From Minisyncoccota bacterium (GTDB lineage Bacteria; Patescibacteriota; Minisyncoccia; Phycocordibacterales; UBA918): a DNA stretch of 64,000 nucleotides. The stretch spans positions 6,743 to 70,742 of the forward strand of contig JAIPIB010000004.1 in the NCBI GenBank assembly GCA_021734905.1, in the 5' to 3' direction. Positions within the stretch are counted from its first letter, which is position 1; each line of letters starts with the position of its first letter. A model generated the notes under the pieces. It saw only the letters and a program-made list of their open reading frames with translations, was not told the origin of the DNA and ran no database searches. Positions 40,065 to 48,317 of the stretch are shown piece by piece. The translations under genes were made by a program, and so were the position numbers.

Positions 40065-40246
40065 AATAATAGACTTCAAGCTCAGAAGTAAGGTTTTTTA
40101 AGGTATTGGTACACAGAATGTACCAATTACAAGAAATATGGCAATTCCTTACTTCGCTATATAAAAGTATAAGTACAACTATTGTTTAATACAAATTAAT
40201 GTATAAACTTGCATATATAGGAACAATAAGATATAATTGATGCAAT

Positions 40247-41410
40247 ATGATAAGAAAACTTAAGTTCAAAAACTTTTATTCCTTTAAGGAAGAGCAGGTT
40301 CTAGATTTCACTGTTACCAAGAAGAAAAGTGACGAATACTATGAATCTCTTGACGGAACTCAAATAAGCAAAGTGATGGCTTTTGTTGGTCCGAATGCTT
40401 CTGGAAAAACAAGTGTCATGAAGTTGTTTGGGTTTCTGAGCTATTTTCTTACATCAGCTTCCAGAGATATCAAAGATACAAATGACACTGGCTTTAACCA
40501 ATATGCATTTTCAAAACCAGAAACAAGCCTTTTGAGTATAGAATTTGAGACTGCTGAAAATCTATTTACTTATGAATTAGAGTTAGACCCTAAACAGGTA
40601 TACCAAGAAACACTTCATAAGAAGATTTTAAAGAAACGAGCACGACCCCTCTTAGTCTTCCATCGAACAATTGAGGGAGTTGAACTAAATAAAAAAGTTC
40701 TTAAAAATATTCCCAAAAAACAACTTGCGTTGTTGCGAAGTGACATTTCCTTAATTGCTTTTTTAAAAGCTAACTTTGATGTGCCGATAATTAATGAAGT
40801 ATATGAATATTTCAATTTATGGTTTGCAAATAATATAAACGAGTCAGGGTATATTGCTTCCCCAGAAACTAAAATGGACGATGCTGCGCAAAGTTACTTA
40901 AAGATTCCGTCATTGAAAGAAAAAATGGAAGAATTTATTAGAAACTTTGATGTTGGAATTGATAAGTTTCTTATTGAAAAGATAGATAGCAAAATTGTAA
41001 TTAAAGGCTGTCATAAAATTAATGACAAAGAACATAATATTCCTTTCCAGTATGAATCTCGTGGCACAAAAACGTTATTTGTAGATTTACTCCCTATTCT
41101 AGGAGGGTTAGAAATTGGAAATTGCTTAATAATTGATGAAATTGAAACAGGACTTCATCCTCAGGCGGTTGATAAATTAATAAGCTATATCGTAGATCAC
41201 ATAAGAAGATCAAAAAAACAGTTTATTTTTTCCTCTCACTCTTTTAACTTTTTAGAGTTATTCGATGCACCACAAATTTATTTAGTTGAAAAGAATGAAA
41301 ACAAAAGTGAAGTCTTTAGATTAGACTCTCTAGGTGTACGACCAGATGAGAATTTCTACTCTAAATATATGAGTGGTGCTTATGGCGCATTTCCTAAAAT
41401 AAGAGTGTAA
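40247..41410 (+). CDS. AAA_21/ABC-type ATPase, AbiLi/OLD-N-terminal-like (putative abortive-infection ATPase)
   Basis: 387 aa. RecF/SMC-like N-terminus (IRKLKFKNFYSFKEE), Walker A (GPNASGKTS), Walker B (LIIDEIETGLHP) and a signature-like FSSHS motif. Confidence 0.7.
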   Translation: MIRKLKFKNFYSFKEEQVLDFTVTKKKSDEYYESLDGTQISKVMAFVGPNASGKTSVMKLFGFLSYFLTSASRDIKDTNDTGFNQYAFSKPETSLLSIEFETAENLFTYELELDPKQVYQETLHKKILKKRARPLLVFHRTIEGVELNKKVLKNIPKKQLALLRSDISLIAFLKANFDVPIINEVYEYFNLWFANNINESGYIASPETKMDDAAQSYLKIPSLKEKMEEFIRNFDVGIDKFLIEKIDSKIVIKGCHKINDKEHNIPFQYESRGTKTLFVDLLPILGGLEIGNCLIIDEIETGLHPQAVDKLISYIVDHIRRSKKQFIFSSHSFNFLELFDAPQIYLVEKNENKSEVFRLDSLGVRPDENFYSKYMSGAYGAFPKIRV

Positions 41411-41412
41411 AT

Positions 41413-41883
41413 ATGAAAGTTCGCCAAATAAAGAAAATGTGCCTCTTGTTTGGCGAAGGCGGGAAAGAAGAAATCTTCTTTCGGTTCTTAGAAAACAGTA
41501 ACAGGTTCAAGAATCGCTTCCCGGATTGGGGAATAGAAATGTCGCATGCGTCTGGGGAAGCGTGCTCAGTTATACTTCAAAAATGTATAAATTTCACATC
41601 CAAGCGTGGTTTCGATTTGGTAATATGCTTTATTGATACAGATAAACTGCAAGAACATGGAAGTCGAAGTGAAGAAGAAAAGAATCGTTTAGAACAGTTA
41701 GCAACAGAACACAGGATTAAAATAATATGGCAAGATCCTGACCATGAGTCAGAGTTAAGTAGGGCTACAAATGGTCGAATAAAAGGAAAAGCTGGTATGC
41801 GGCGGCGGCTAGAAAATAACCTTCAAGCTATCTCAAAAAGCGCTTTTATCCGTAGGATTTTCGCCTTTTTCCCAAATGAGTAA
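41413..41883 (+). CDS. DUF4276/RloB-like small TOPRIM-like protein (putative AbiLii-like partner)
   Basis: 156 aa. The N-terminal LLFGEGGKEEIFFRFL fits the EGxTE-type motif and ICFIDTD supplies a DxD motif. It starts 2 bp after the ATPase gene stop, suggesting translational coupling. Confidence 0.5.
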   Translation: MKVRQIKKMCLLFGEGGKEEIFFRFLENSNRFKNRFPDWGIEMSHASGEACSVILQKCINFTSKRGFDLVICFIDTDKLQEHGSRSEEEKNRLEQLATEHRIKIIWQDPDHESELSRATNGRIKGKAGMRRRLENNLQAISKSAFIRRIFAFFPNE

Positions 41884-41917
41884 GTCTATACTCTTGTTCC
41901 AACGTCGTCCCATAACC

Positions 41918-42053
41918 TGCACAAAATGCCAAGCGCAACACGAAAGTGTTGCGCTTGTTGCGTTTTGGCACCCAGAGGGACTCGAGAAGGTTGCCAGCTA
42001 TTTTGTAAAAATAGCGACAACCTGTACTGAAACTGTAAGTTTCGAGTCCCTCC
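41918..42053 (+). repeat. tRNA-linked structured repeat unit, copy 2 (136 bp direct repeat of 39929-40064)
   Basis: One mismatch to copy 1 (GGCACCCAGAGGG here versus GGCACTCAGAGGG). This copy has the perfect antisense match to the tRNA-Arg 3' half. Together with copy 1 it brackets the two-gene cargo. Confidence 0.85.
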
Positions 42054-42085
42054 TGCCACACACGATAGCATGCTATTATTTTCTT

Positions 42086-43639
42086 ATGAGTGAAGGCACT
42101 TTTAATAAATTATTCAGTGGTCCCAAAGAGAAAAAATCTGAAAAACAACTACCAGTAGATGGTAATGAGCCAGCAAATCCTGCAAGAAGAAAATTTTTGA
42201 TTGGGAGCGCGGCGCTAGCCGGTTCTGCCCTAGCTGGGGCGTATTTAATCGGTCGAGAAAATGATGACGTGGACGAAAGTATTTCTGAAGACAGTCCATC
42301 GTTTCCGTCAGCTGAAAAGTTGAGTGAACTCCAATTTGCACGTGAGAAGATACGAGCATGTGTAGAGAGTATTCAGAAAAGTCCCTTTATGGAGAAGCCA
42401 CAAGAGGCTAAAAACGCACTAGAAAATGTCGTGGTTAATACCGACCACACTTCAGTTGTTCTTGGCATAGAAGAAGCTGACGTTATGAGCACTCTTCATA
42501 TTCAAGATGTTCGAGAACTTTCAGAACAAATTCGAAACAGAAATGGTAAAGGTGATGGAGGGTACACACATCAAGAAGGAAACAACGTGTACAATATTTC
42601 ACTCGAAGATACAGTGGTTGATATTGGAGTGTCGAATCGGTTTTTGGTAAAGAAATATTCGAGTGATGGAACTTTGAGCAGCAGTTCCCTTCCGGTATAT
42701 GCAGTTAAAAGATCTCGTTACGAGAAAAAACAAACAACCCATACAACTGTAGGTAAAAATGGTAAAGAGAAAAAAGTAAAAGAAACCACCGGAGATTATG
42801 TTGAATATGTACCATACATACCACCATCTTCCCATCTTGTGAGCAAAGAGAGCGTCGGATCTGGAAAGGAATATGTGGGTACGGTACTTGAAGCAGCACA
42901 TTCAGTACTTTCTCATCGTATGCTGAAGTCAAACCAAAGAGTCTTGAGTATCTGTCACGACATCTGCAAGCGACTTGCTATTGTTGAGCACGTAGATCCG
43001 ATTGCGCTTATAAAATCTGAGAAAAAAGAAGGCAATGAAACAGAATTGCATGTAGAGGACCGGAGGAAGACATTTTACCAAAAAATGTATGCAGAATACG
43101 GACTCAATCAGGATGCCTCATTCAACCACCTCATCAACTCTCTTGGCGCAGGCGGTATGATGCAGATAATGCGAAAAACATACGAGGACATACGAGCTCG
43201 TATGATTGTTCGGAAAATATTTCTTCCAGATGAAATTCCTGAAGACGCAAACGAAGGAAGGAAAGACCCACTCATTTCTGCAATAATTGCAATGTATCTC
43301 TGCTATGATAACTACCTGGTAAAAGGCAAGGTCCTTACCGGAAAACGTGATGATGAAATAGAATTGGCGCTTGTCTCTATGTATAACGGGAGTCCTAATC
43401 TTTTTAGAAAGATATTGAAAGGTGAAGAAGTGAAAAAAGCAAAAAGAGGTAAAAAAGTAAAAAATAAAAGTTTAGTTAGTGGGAAAAAACCGTCGGTGTC
43501 ATATCCCAACGCAACACCCTTCATATACAAGCTCTTAACACACAACCAAGGTGCAAAATTACCAGGGAGTAGCCAATCAGAAAATGGGAATTATCTTCGA
43601 AAGTATCTCTGGCTCAAAATGAATGAAGGGAAAGTGTAA
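42086..43639 (+). CDS. Secreted SLT-domain (lytic transglycosylase-like) protein with twin-arginine-like signal
   Basis: Start is set at MSEGTF, since the ORF track start lies inside the repeat. The signal region RRKFLIGSAALAGSALAGAYL looks Tat-like. The C-terminal region has SLT-like motifs (NSLGAGGMMQIMRKTYEDI and SMYNGSPN). Confidence 0.5.
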   Translation: MSEGTFNKLFSGPKEKKSEKQLPVDGNEPANPARRKFLIGSAALAGSALAGAYLIGRENDDVDESISEDSPSFPSAEKLSELQFAREKIRACVESIQKSPFMEKPQEAKNALENVVVNTDHTSVVLGIEEADVMSTLHIQDVRELSEQIRNRNGKGDGGYTHQEGNNVYNISLEDTVVDIGVSNRFLVKKYSSDGTLSSSSLPVYAVKRSRYEKKQTTHTTVGKNGKEKKVKETTGDYVEYVPYIPPSSHLVSKESVGSGKEYVGTVLEAAHSVLSHRMLKSNQRVLSICHDICKRLAIVEHVDPIALIKSEKKEGNETELHVEDRRKTFYQKMYAEYGLNQDASFNHLINSLGAGGMMQIMRKTYEDIRARMIVRKIFLPDEIPEDANEGRKDPLISAIIAMYLCYDNYLVKGKVLTGKRDDEIELALVSMYNGSPNLFRKILKGEEVKKAKRGKKVKNKSLVSGKKPSVSYPNATPFIYKLLTHNQGAKLPGSSQSENGNYLRKYLWLKMNEGKV

Positions 43640-43762
43640 ACACGGACAATATGGTCCAATTATATAATCGACACCACCGTTGACTTTTTCGTCGCAAAAC
43701 TGTTTACTTTGCATATTCTCAATGTGTAGTGTATTTGAGTGTTCTTTTGAAAGGATAAGAAA

Positions 43763-44353
43763 ATGGACCAATACCGGACATCGTCATACCTTAGTCATCG
43801 TAGGAAACTCCTCAGACTTTTATCAGCGATGTGGAGTGATCCAAGGGTTCAGTTGTACCGTAACCATAATCTGCCGATTATAAAAGAGTTAGCCGAGGGG
43901 TCAGTCTTTTTGGCGGGCCCGACCTCGCGCCACCAAATTCTTGAGCATAATTGGAGGTGCCTCGCTGTCTACTATTTACGCCGTGCGGGTTTCAGGGGTT
44001 ATATTTACGTTCCTGAACCACACGGACAGGAACAATCTGGTGATTTCACTGAAAAGAGTTTTATTCACTATTGGGAATCTTCACGATTGAATGATGCAAA
44101 GTGTGTTGCGTTTTGGATTCCTAGAAAAGCTGATGAACTTCTGGGTCTAAATACCAACCTTGAACTCGGAATCTTTTTGGGCAAATATAGCAACTTGTCT
44201 AAGGAAGAAAAGGAGAAGAAACTGTTCATTGGTTGGCCTAGAGATGCCGAGCGTATGGGGTTACCACACCATTATGCACACGAACTTGGAGAACATCGTA
44301 TCTACCAAGAAATCAAGCAATTATGCGAGGCGATTGCGCAACAAATGATATGA
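43763..44353 (+). CDS. Nucleoside 2-deoxyribosyltransferase-like (Rcl/DNPH1-like Rossmann) protein
   Basis: 196 aa. FLAGP motif near the N-terminus and GLNTNLELGIFLG, which resembles the DxGTxxELG motif of the PF05014 family. Assignment is tentative. Confidence 0.4.
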   Translation: MDQYRTSSYLSHRRKLLRLLSAMWSDPRVQLYRNHNLPIIKELAEGSVFLAGPTSRHQILEHNWRCLAVYYLRRAGFRGYIYVPEPHGQEQSGDFTEKSFIHYWESSRLNDAKCVAFWIPRKADELLGLNTNLELGIFLGKYSNLSKEEKEKKLFIGWPRDAERMGLPHHYAHELGEHRIYQEIKQLCEAIAQQMI

Positions 44354-44525
44354 CCACGATATCTCACCCAGTCGACTAACAAGTCGTCCAACAGGAAAAG
44401 CCATCTGGAGGACGGCTTTTTCTATGTTTTACTGACCATTTTAATGGCCACGGGCATCCCGTAGTCCGCAAAGTTGACTTCCAGCAAAACCATGGTACAG
44501 TAAACGCGGATAAAAAAGGAGAAGA

Positions 44526-44921
44526 GTGATGGTAAATGAAAAACGCGGTTCTGTGATTGAAGGTTTCGTTTTTGCAGTAACTCTTGCGGCGATTGTGGGG
44601 ATTGTGTGCAAAGTTGCAATCCCTTCCGATGGTTTGAGTGCTTTGTTTGCATACCTTACTGCTGTACTGTATGGGGCAGCAGTGTATGAGCTCTGGGTTT
44701 TCCTCATGAACAACTGCTCATCCCTGGTATGGGAAGACGGCGCCGAACCAGTCGAATTGGACCTAAGACAGACAATCATCGCGCCATTCCTGCCTATTGC
44801 AGTTCTTCTTGCGGTATTTGCCATAGCCATTTTGTTTTTGATGGCGTACTTAAAGTACTTGTACGACAAAGCCCAAGGTCGCCATGATGTGGTAACGAAA
44901 AATCCCCCGACTACAAGTTGA
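44526..44921 (+). CDS. Four-TM small membrane protein
   Basis: 131 aa. Strong RBS (AAAGGAGAAGAGTG ATG) and a downstream terminator hairpin at ~44950-44990. The opposite-strand 162 aa ORF is judged less likely. Confidence 0.4.
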   Translation: MMVNEKRGSVIEGFVFAVTLAAIVGIVCKVAIPSDGLSALFAYLTAVLYGAAVYELWVFLMNNCSSLVWEDGAEPVELDLRQTIIAPFLPIAVLLAVFAIAILFLMAYLKYLYDKAQGRHDVVTKNPPTTS

Positions 44922-45018
44922 CCGAACACATCTCAGTAGAAGGCGCAGTTGTCCACCAACTGCGCTTTGTTTTTATATTAAATCGAACACATGAGACTGT
45001 ATACTATATATAGTTACT

Positions 45019-45681
45019 ATGATACGCAAATCTGCACAGTATGAACAGGCAAAAGAACTACGAATGCGTGGTTTTACATACGCCGAGGTTGCAAAGATTG
45101 TCGGTGTCGCTAAAAGCACTGTTTCTCTATGGTTTTCACGTGAAACATGGTCTGCGAATGTTGCAGAAGACAACACGAAACGTGCGGCGAAGGAAAATAA
45201 AAAACGTATTACTCTTCTAAACAAAGCCCGAAGTAACCAATTTAGAAAGCTCTATACGGAAGCTGAGCGTTCAGCAACTACAGAATTTAAACATTATAAG
45301 AGCAATCCCCTTTTTATAGCTGGTCTTATGCTTTACTTGAGTAAGGGGGATCATTCAAACAGTCCAGTGATTTGTATTTCAAGCTCACGTAAGGAAATTC
45401 ATCGCTTATTCATTAGGTTTTCAACTGAATTTCTTGGTGTTCAAAAAGAAAAAATGAGATTTTGGTTATTACTTAATTCAAGCCATTCAGCCGAGACATG
45501 TTCACGTTCATGGTCGAAGGAGATAGGTCTTTCCGTGAAACAGTTTCACAAGAATCAGATTACTAAGAACAATAATATAGGTAGTACATTGCATGATGGT
45601 GTTGGAAATACTATAATCGGAGGCACACTCATGAAGAAAAAGCTTCAGAAGTGGGTTGAAACAGCTCTTTTGGAGCTGTAG
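45019..45681 (+). CDS. Hypothetical protein with N-terminal helix-turn-helix
   Basis: 220 aa. HTH-like GFTYAEVAKIVGVAKSTVSLWF. It lies immediately upstream of tRNA-Gly(GCC), in the accessory region. Confidence 0.45.
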   Translation: MIRKSAQYEQAKELRMRGFTYAEVAKIVGVAKSTVSLWFSRETWSANVAEDNTKRAAKENKKRITLLNKARSNQFRKLYTEAERSATTEFKHYKSNPLFIAGLMLYLSKGDHSNSPVICISSSRKEIHRLFIRFSTEFLGVQKEKMRFWLLLNSSHSAETCSRSWSKEIGLSVKQFHKNQITKNNNIGSTLHDGVGNTIIGGTLMKKKLQKWVETALLEL

Positions 45682-45690
45682 ATCACATAT

Positions 45691-45761
45691 GCGGCCATGG
45701 TTAAGTGGTATAACGAGTCCTTGCCAAGGATTAGTCGGGGTTTCGATTACCCCTGGCCGCA
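45691..45761 (+). tRNA. tRNA-Gly (anticodon GCC)
   Basis: Manual cloverleaf: acceptor GCGGCCA/TGGCCGC, anticodon stem AGTCC/GGATT with loop TTGCCAA, T-arm GGGGT-TTCGATT-ACCCC, discriminator A. Confidence 0.85.
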
Positions 45762-46260
45762 CAAAATGCCCCGAAAGGGGTTTTTCTGTGGCCAGGAGAA
45801 AGGTGCCGTGCACCTTTCGTGGTAATCGAAACCGCCGGAACGATGTGAGGTACGAACAAGTGAGGCGTGACCCGTGGCACTTATGAGCGTAGCGAATTAG
45901 TGACCATCAGGTTTCAATTACCCCTGGCCGCACCATTAGATAAGTCGGGCTTTTGCCCGGCTTTTCTAATGGTGGTGGGTAATTGAAAAAGCTTTTAAGT
46001 TAGATTGTGAGGCGTATGCCGAAGCAATCTAGCCAAAAGGTGTACTGAAGCAGTATGCTTTCGATTCTTCTTACAGAAGCTGTCTACTTTGCGGGTGTGG
46101 AACACCTCACAAAGTCTTGCGGAATGATGTTAAATCATTCCTCACCCTGGCCACACCATGTGTAGAATAGGCGGGAGGCTGTGAGACCGCAAAGTGGAGC
46201 TAACAGTGAAATGCCGACTCATAGTACAATTACCCAAGTAACCACCCTTTCCACGGGTGG
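45762..46260 (+). repeat. tRNA-Gly(GCC)-linked repeat region with several sense and antisense copies of the tRNA 3' half
   Basis: Begins CAAAATGCC, as the tRNA-Arg unit does, then a terminator hairpin (CCCCGAAAGGGGTTTTT). Antisense tRNA pieces follow (TGTGGCCAGG, GGTAATCGAAACC, GGGTAATTGAAA). Sense copies are TTTCAATTACCCCTGGCCGCAC near 45915-45937 and CCTGGCCACACCA near 46138. Confidence 0.6.
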
Positions 46261-46437
46261 TTTTTATAAAAGACATCTTTAAGGACATTCAGATTTTTGA
46301 GTGGAAAATGTTGAAAACTGGGGAAAACTAAGTTGATATGTGGATAAAGGACACAAATTTATAATAAAATGTCCTTAAAAAATGGCTTAAGATATATGGA
46401 TCGTCAAAATCCAAGACATCTACCGCAATATGTGCAT

Positions 46438-47063
46438 GTTTCACGTGAAACATTTACGATTTGTGCCTATACACTATATAGTTTCATATGAAACCACATG
46501 GCAAAACACAATGAAATTGGTAAATTAGGAGAGGATTTGGCCGCAAAATGGCTTAGAAATATAGATTTTGCAATTCTGGAAAGGAACTACCTTAAAAAGT
46601 ATGGAGAAATTGATATTGTTGCACGTGAAACAGAAATAATTCACTTTATTGAGGTTAAAACTGTTTCATATGAAACAAAGCGTATACTTGAAGACTCTGT
46701 TTCTCGTGGAACGTGGCGCCCTGAGGAAAATGTTCATTTTGAGAAACAAAAACGACTTGCGCGGACCATTGAGGCATGGATTCATGAAAATGAATATTAT
46801 GGTGACTGGCAAATTGATGTCCTTACGGTACGAGTAGTTCCACGTGAAAAGTTTGCTAGTTTTATGATGATCGAGAACGTGATATTTGAATAGTTCCATG
46901 TGGAACAAAGGAATAACGTTCCACGTGAAACACATAATCTAATTATGTGACTAAAAATCAATGTTTTGAGTTTAGTTAACATAGGTCTGGCCTATGTAAC
47001 TATTTTTGAGTAGTAAAACAGTATGTTTCATATGAAACGTACCGTTTGTGTTCCGTGTGGAAC
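46438..47063. repeat. Array of at least 9 related 14-bp palindromes around and inside the YraN-like gene (GTTTCACGTGAAAC / GTTTCATATGAAAC / GTTCCACGTGGAAC-like)
   Basis: Perfect GTTTCACGTGAAAC at 46438. Perfect GTTTCATATGAAAC at 46481 (4 bp before the start codon), at ~46655 (inside the CDS) and at ~47025. Half-site hybrids occur at ~46621, ~46835, ~46893, ~46918 and ~47050. Confidence 0.7.
46498..46893 (+). CDS. YraN/UPF0102-family putative endonuclease
   Basis: 131 aa. The N-terminal GKLGEDLAAKWLRNIDFAILERNY...GEIDIVARE pattern is typical of YraN. Confidence 0.7.
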   Translation: MAKHNEIGKLGEDLAAKWLRNIDFAILERNYLKKYGEIDIVARETEIIHFIEVKTVSYETKRILEDSVSRGTWRPEENVHFEKQKRLARTIEAWIHENEYYGDWQIDVLTVRVVPREKFASFMMIENVIFE

Positions 47064-47065
47064 AA

Positions 47066-47684
47066 TTACAAGATTTTTCTTATTTCTTCGTTGATTTCTG
47101 GGAATTCAGGTCCAATAAAGTGTCCTCGGTCTGTGAAGGTTATTAGTTTTGCAGTAGGGATGTTTTGCTTGAAATACTCAGCGTGGGTAAATGGGACGAG
47201 GTGATCGTCGGTTGAGTGGTATATTAAGATCTTTTGCACTTTCTTTTCTAGAATCCCTATATTTTTGATGTCAAAATCAAAATCATTGCAGTCCCTGTAC
47301 CCATATTCCTTATTACTAAAGGGTGTAGCGACAAGAAAAAGCGCTTTAATAGGGGAAGGGTACATCGTTTTCGAGCAAATATTTCACCAAAAAGTATCCT
47401 CCTTGAGAATGTCCTATAAGAATGACCTCGCCTGTAAGAAACTCAAAGTATCGTTCAAATCATATTTTCCACTCAATGTACTTCGCGTTTTGCTTGTTGG
47501 GCATCGTGGGTAAGAATACATCATGATTTGATCCAAATTCTTCTCGAATTGTGTCTTTCCACCGTTTGGCATGTTCGTGGCCGAAGAGGTCGTAGATTGG
47601 CTCATTTCATAAGTATCCAAGAAAATCCTCGTATTTGTTAAAGGATTCAGCACCGTGAACAATTAATATTTGAGTTTTCATGGT
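47066..47684 (-). pseudogene. Frameshifted alpha/beta-hydrolase (YdeN/RBBP9-like) pseudogene, paralog of 51087-51713
   Basis: Homology to the intact paralog is spread over three reading frames: MKTQILIVHGAESFNKYEDFLGYL*, then ...LPTMPNKQNAKYIEWKI*, then ...ILIGHSQGGYFLVKYL..., then IKALFLVATPF...HFIGPEFPEI. At least three frameshifts are needed to rejoin them. Confidence 0.7.
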
Positions 47685-47783
47685 ATAAAAAGTGTAGCAC
47701 AGCTTTAAAGGTCGCGTGTTTATTGTACAAAAACAGAAACCGCCACCAACATTGATGACGGAATCCGTCGGATGTTGTGGCGG

Positions 47784-48173
47784 TTATGCCCGTTGAAGGG
47801 CTTGGACTTGTTGTGGCTGGGTTGCGGGTCGTACGGGACTTCTTTGACTTGGACGTTGTATTTCGTCTCCAGAATGCTCAAAAAGCGGAAGTTGCCCCAT
47901 CCGTTCTTCGTTTTCGGCTATCCATTTTGATAACTTAATGTATGGGCAGGAAGCCCAAAAAGCCTCCCATAAGAAACCTGCGCCCATCAAAAAGGCAAAT
48001 GCAACAGCCACGTATTTCCAGGTGCCTTCACTGGTTGAGGTCAGGAATGGTGTGACTCCAACAAAGAGGCTTGCGAGCACCAATTCGGGCAAAGTTGCTG
48101 TGAATCCTCGAAGAAAGAGCAGTTCGGAGCCGGAAAATTCGATCCCCGTTGTAATGCCAAATTTAAGTTTCAT
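47784..48173 (-). CDS. Small membrane protein
   Basis: Start is set at MKLKFGITTG, which has a strong RBS (AAGGAGGGTTTTCC ATG). Three hydrophobic segments. Confidence 0.4.
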   Translation of the reverse strand: MKLKFGITTGIEFSGSELLFLRGFTATLPELVLASLFVGVTPFLTSTSEGTWKYVAVAFAFLMGAGFLWEAFWASCPYIKLSKWIAENEERMGQLPLFEHSGDEIQRPSQRSPVRPATQPQQVQALQRA

Positions 48174-48317
48174 GGAAAACCCTCCTTGAAAAATTGTAAG
48201 TGGAGCTACGTTACTGTATATATTATGCAGGAGATAATGTATTTGGTCAACCAAGCAGTATGTGGTTAAAATTATCTTTATCTATGTAGGTGCAATATAA
48301 TTTTGATATAATCGAGT

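Noticed and set aside
39861-42053. Interpreting the tRNA-Arg cassette as a classical integrase-mediated genomic island
   Set aside because: The cargo has no integrase or excisionase. The repeated segment is a 136-bp folded unit rather than a short attL/attR core, and the same unit family occurs without cargo at another tRNA. It is kept as an open mechanism rather than labelled a GI.
41876-42085. N-terminal 70 codons of the 587 aa ORF (start inside repeat copy 2)
   Set aside because: This part translates the repeat unit, is duplicated as a short ORF at 39875-40069, and lacks an RBS. The true start is the ATG at 42086, preceding a signal peptide.
44441-44929. 162 aa minus-strand ORF opposite the small membrane protein
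   Set aside because: It has no RBS and an unremarkable composition. The plus-strand ORF has a strong RBS, a downstream terminator and clear TM helices.
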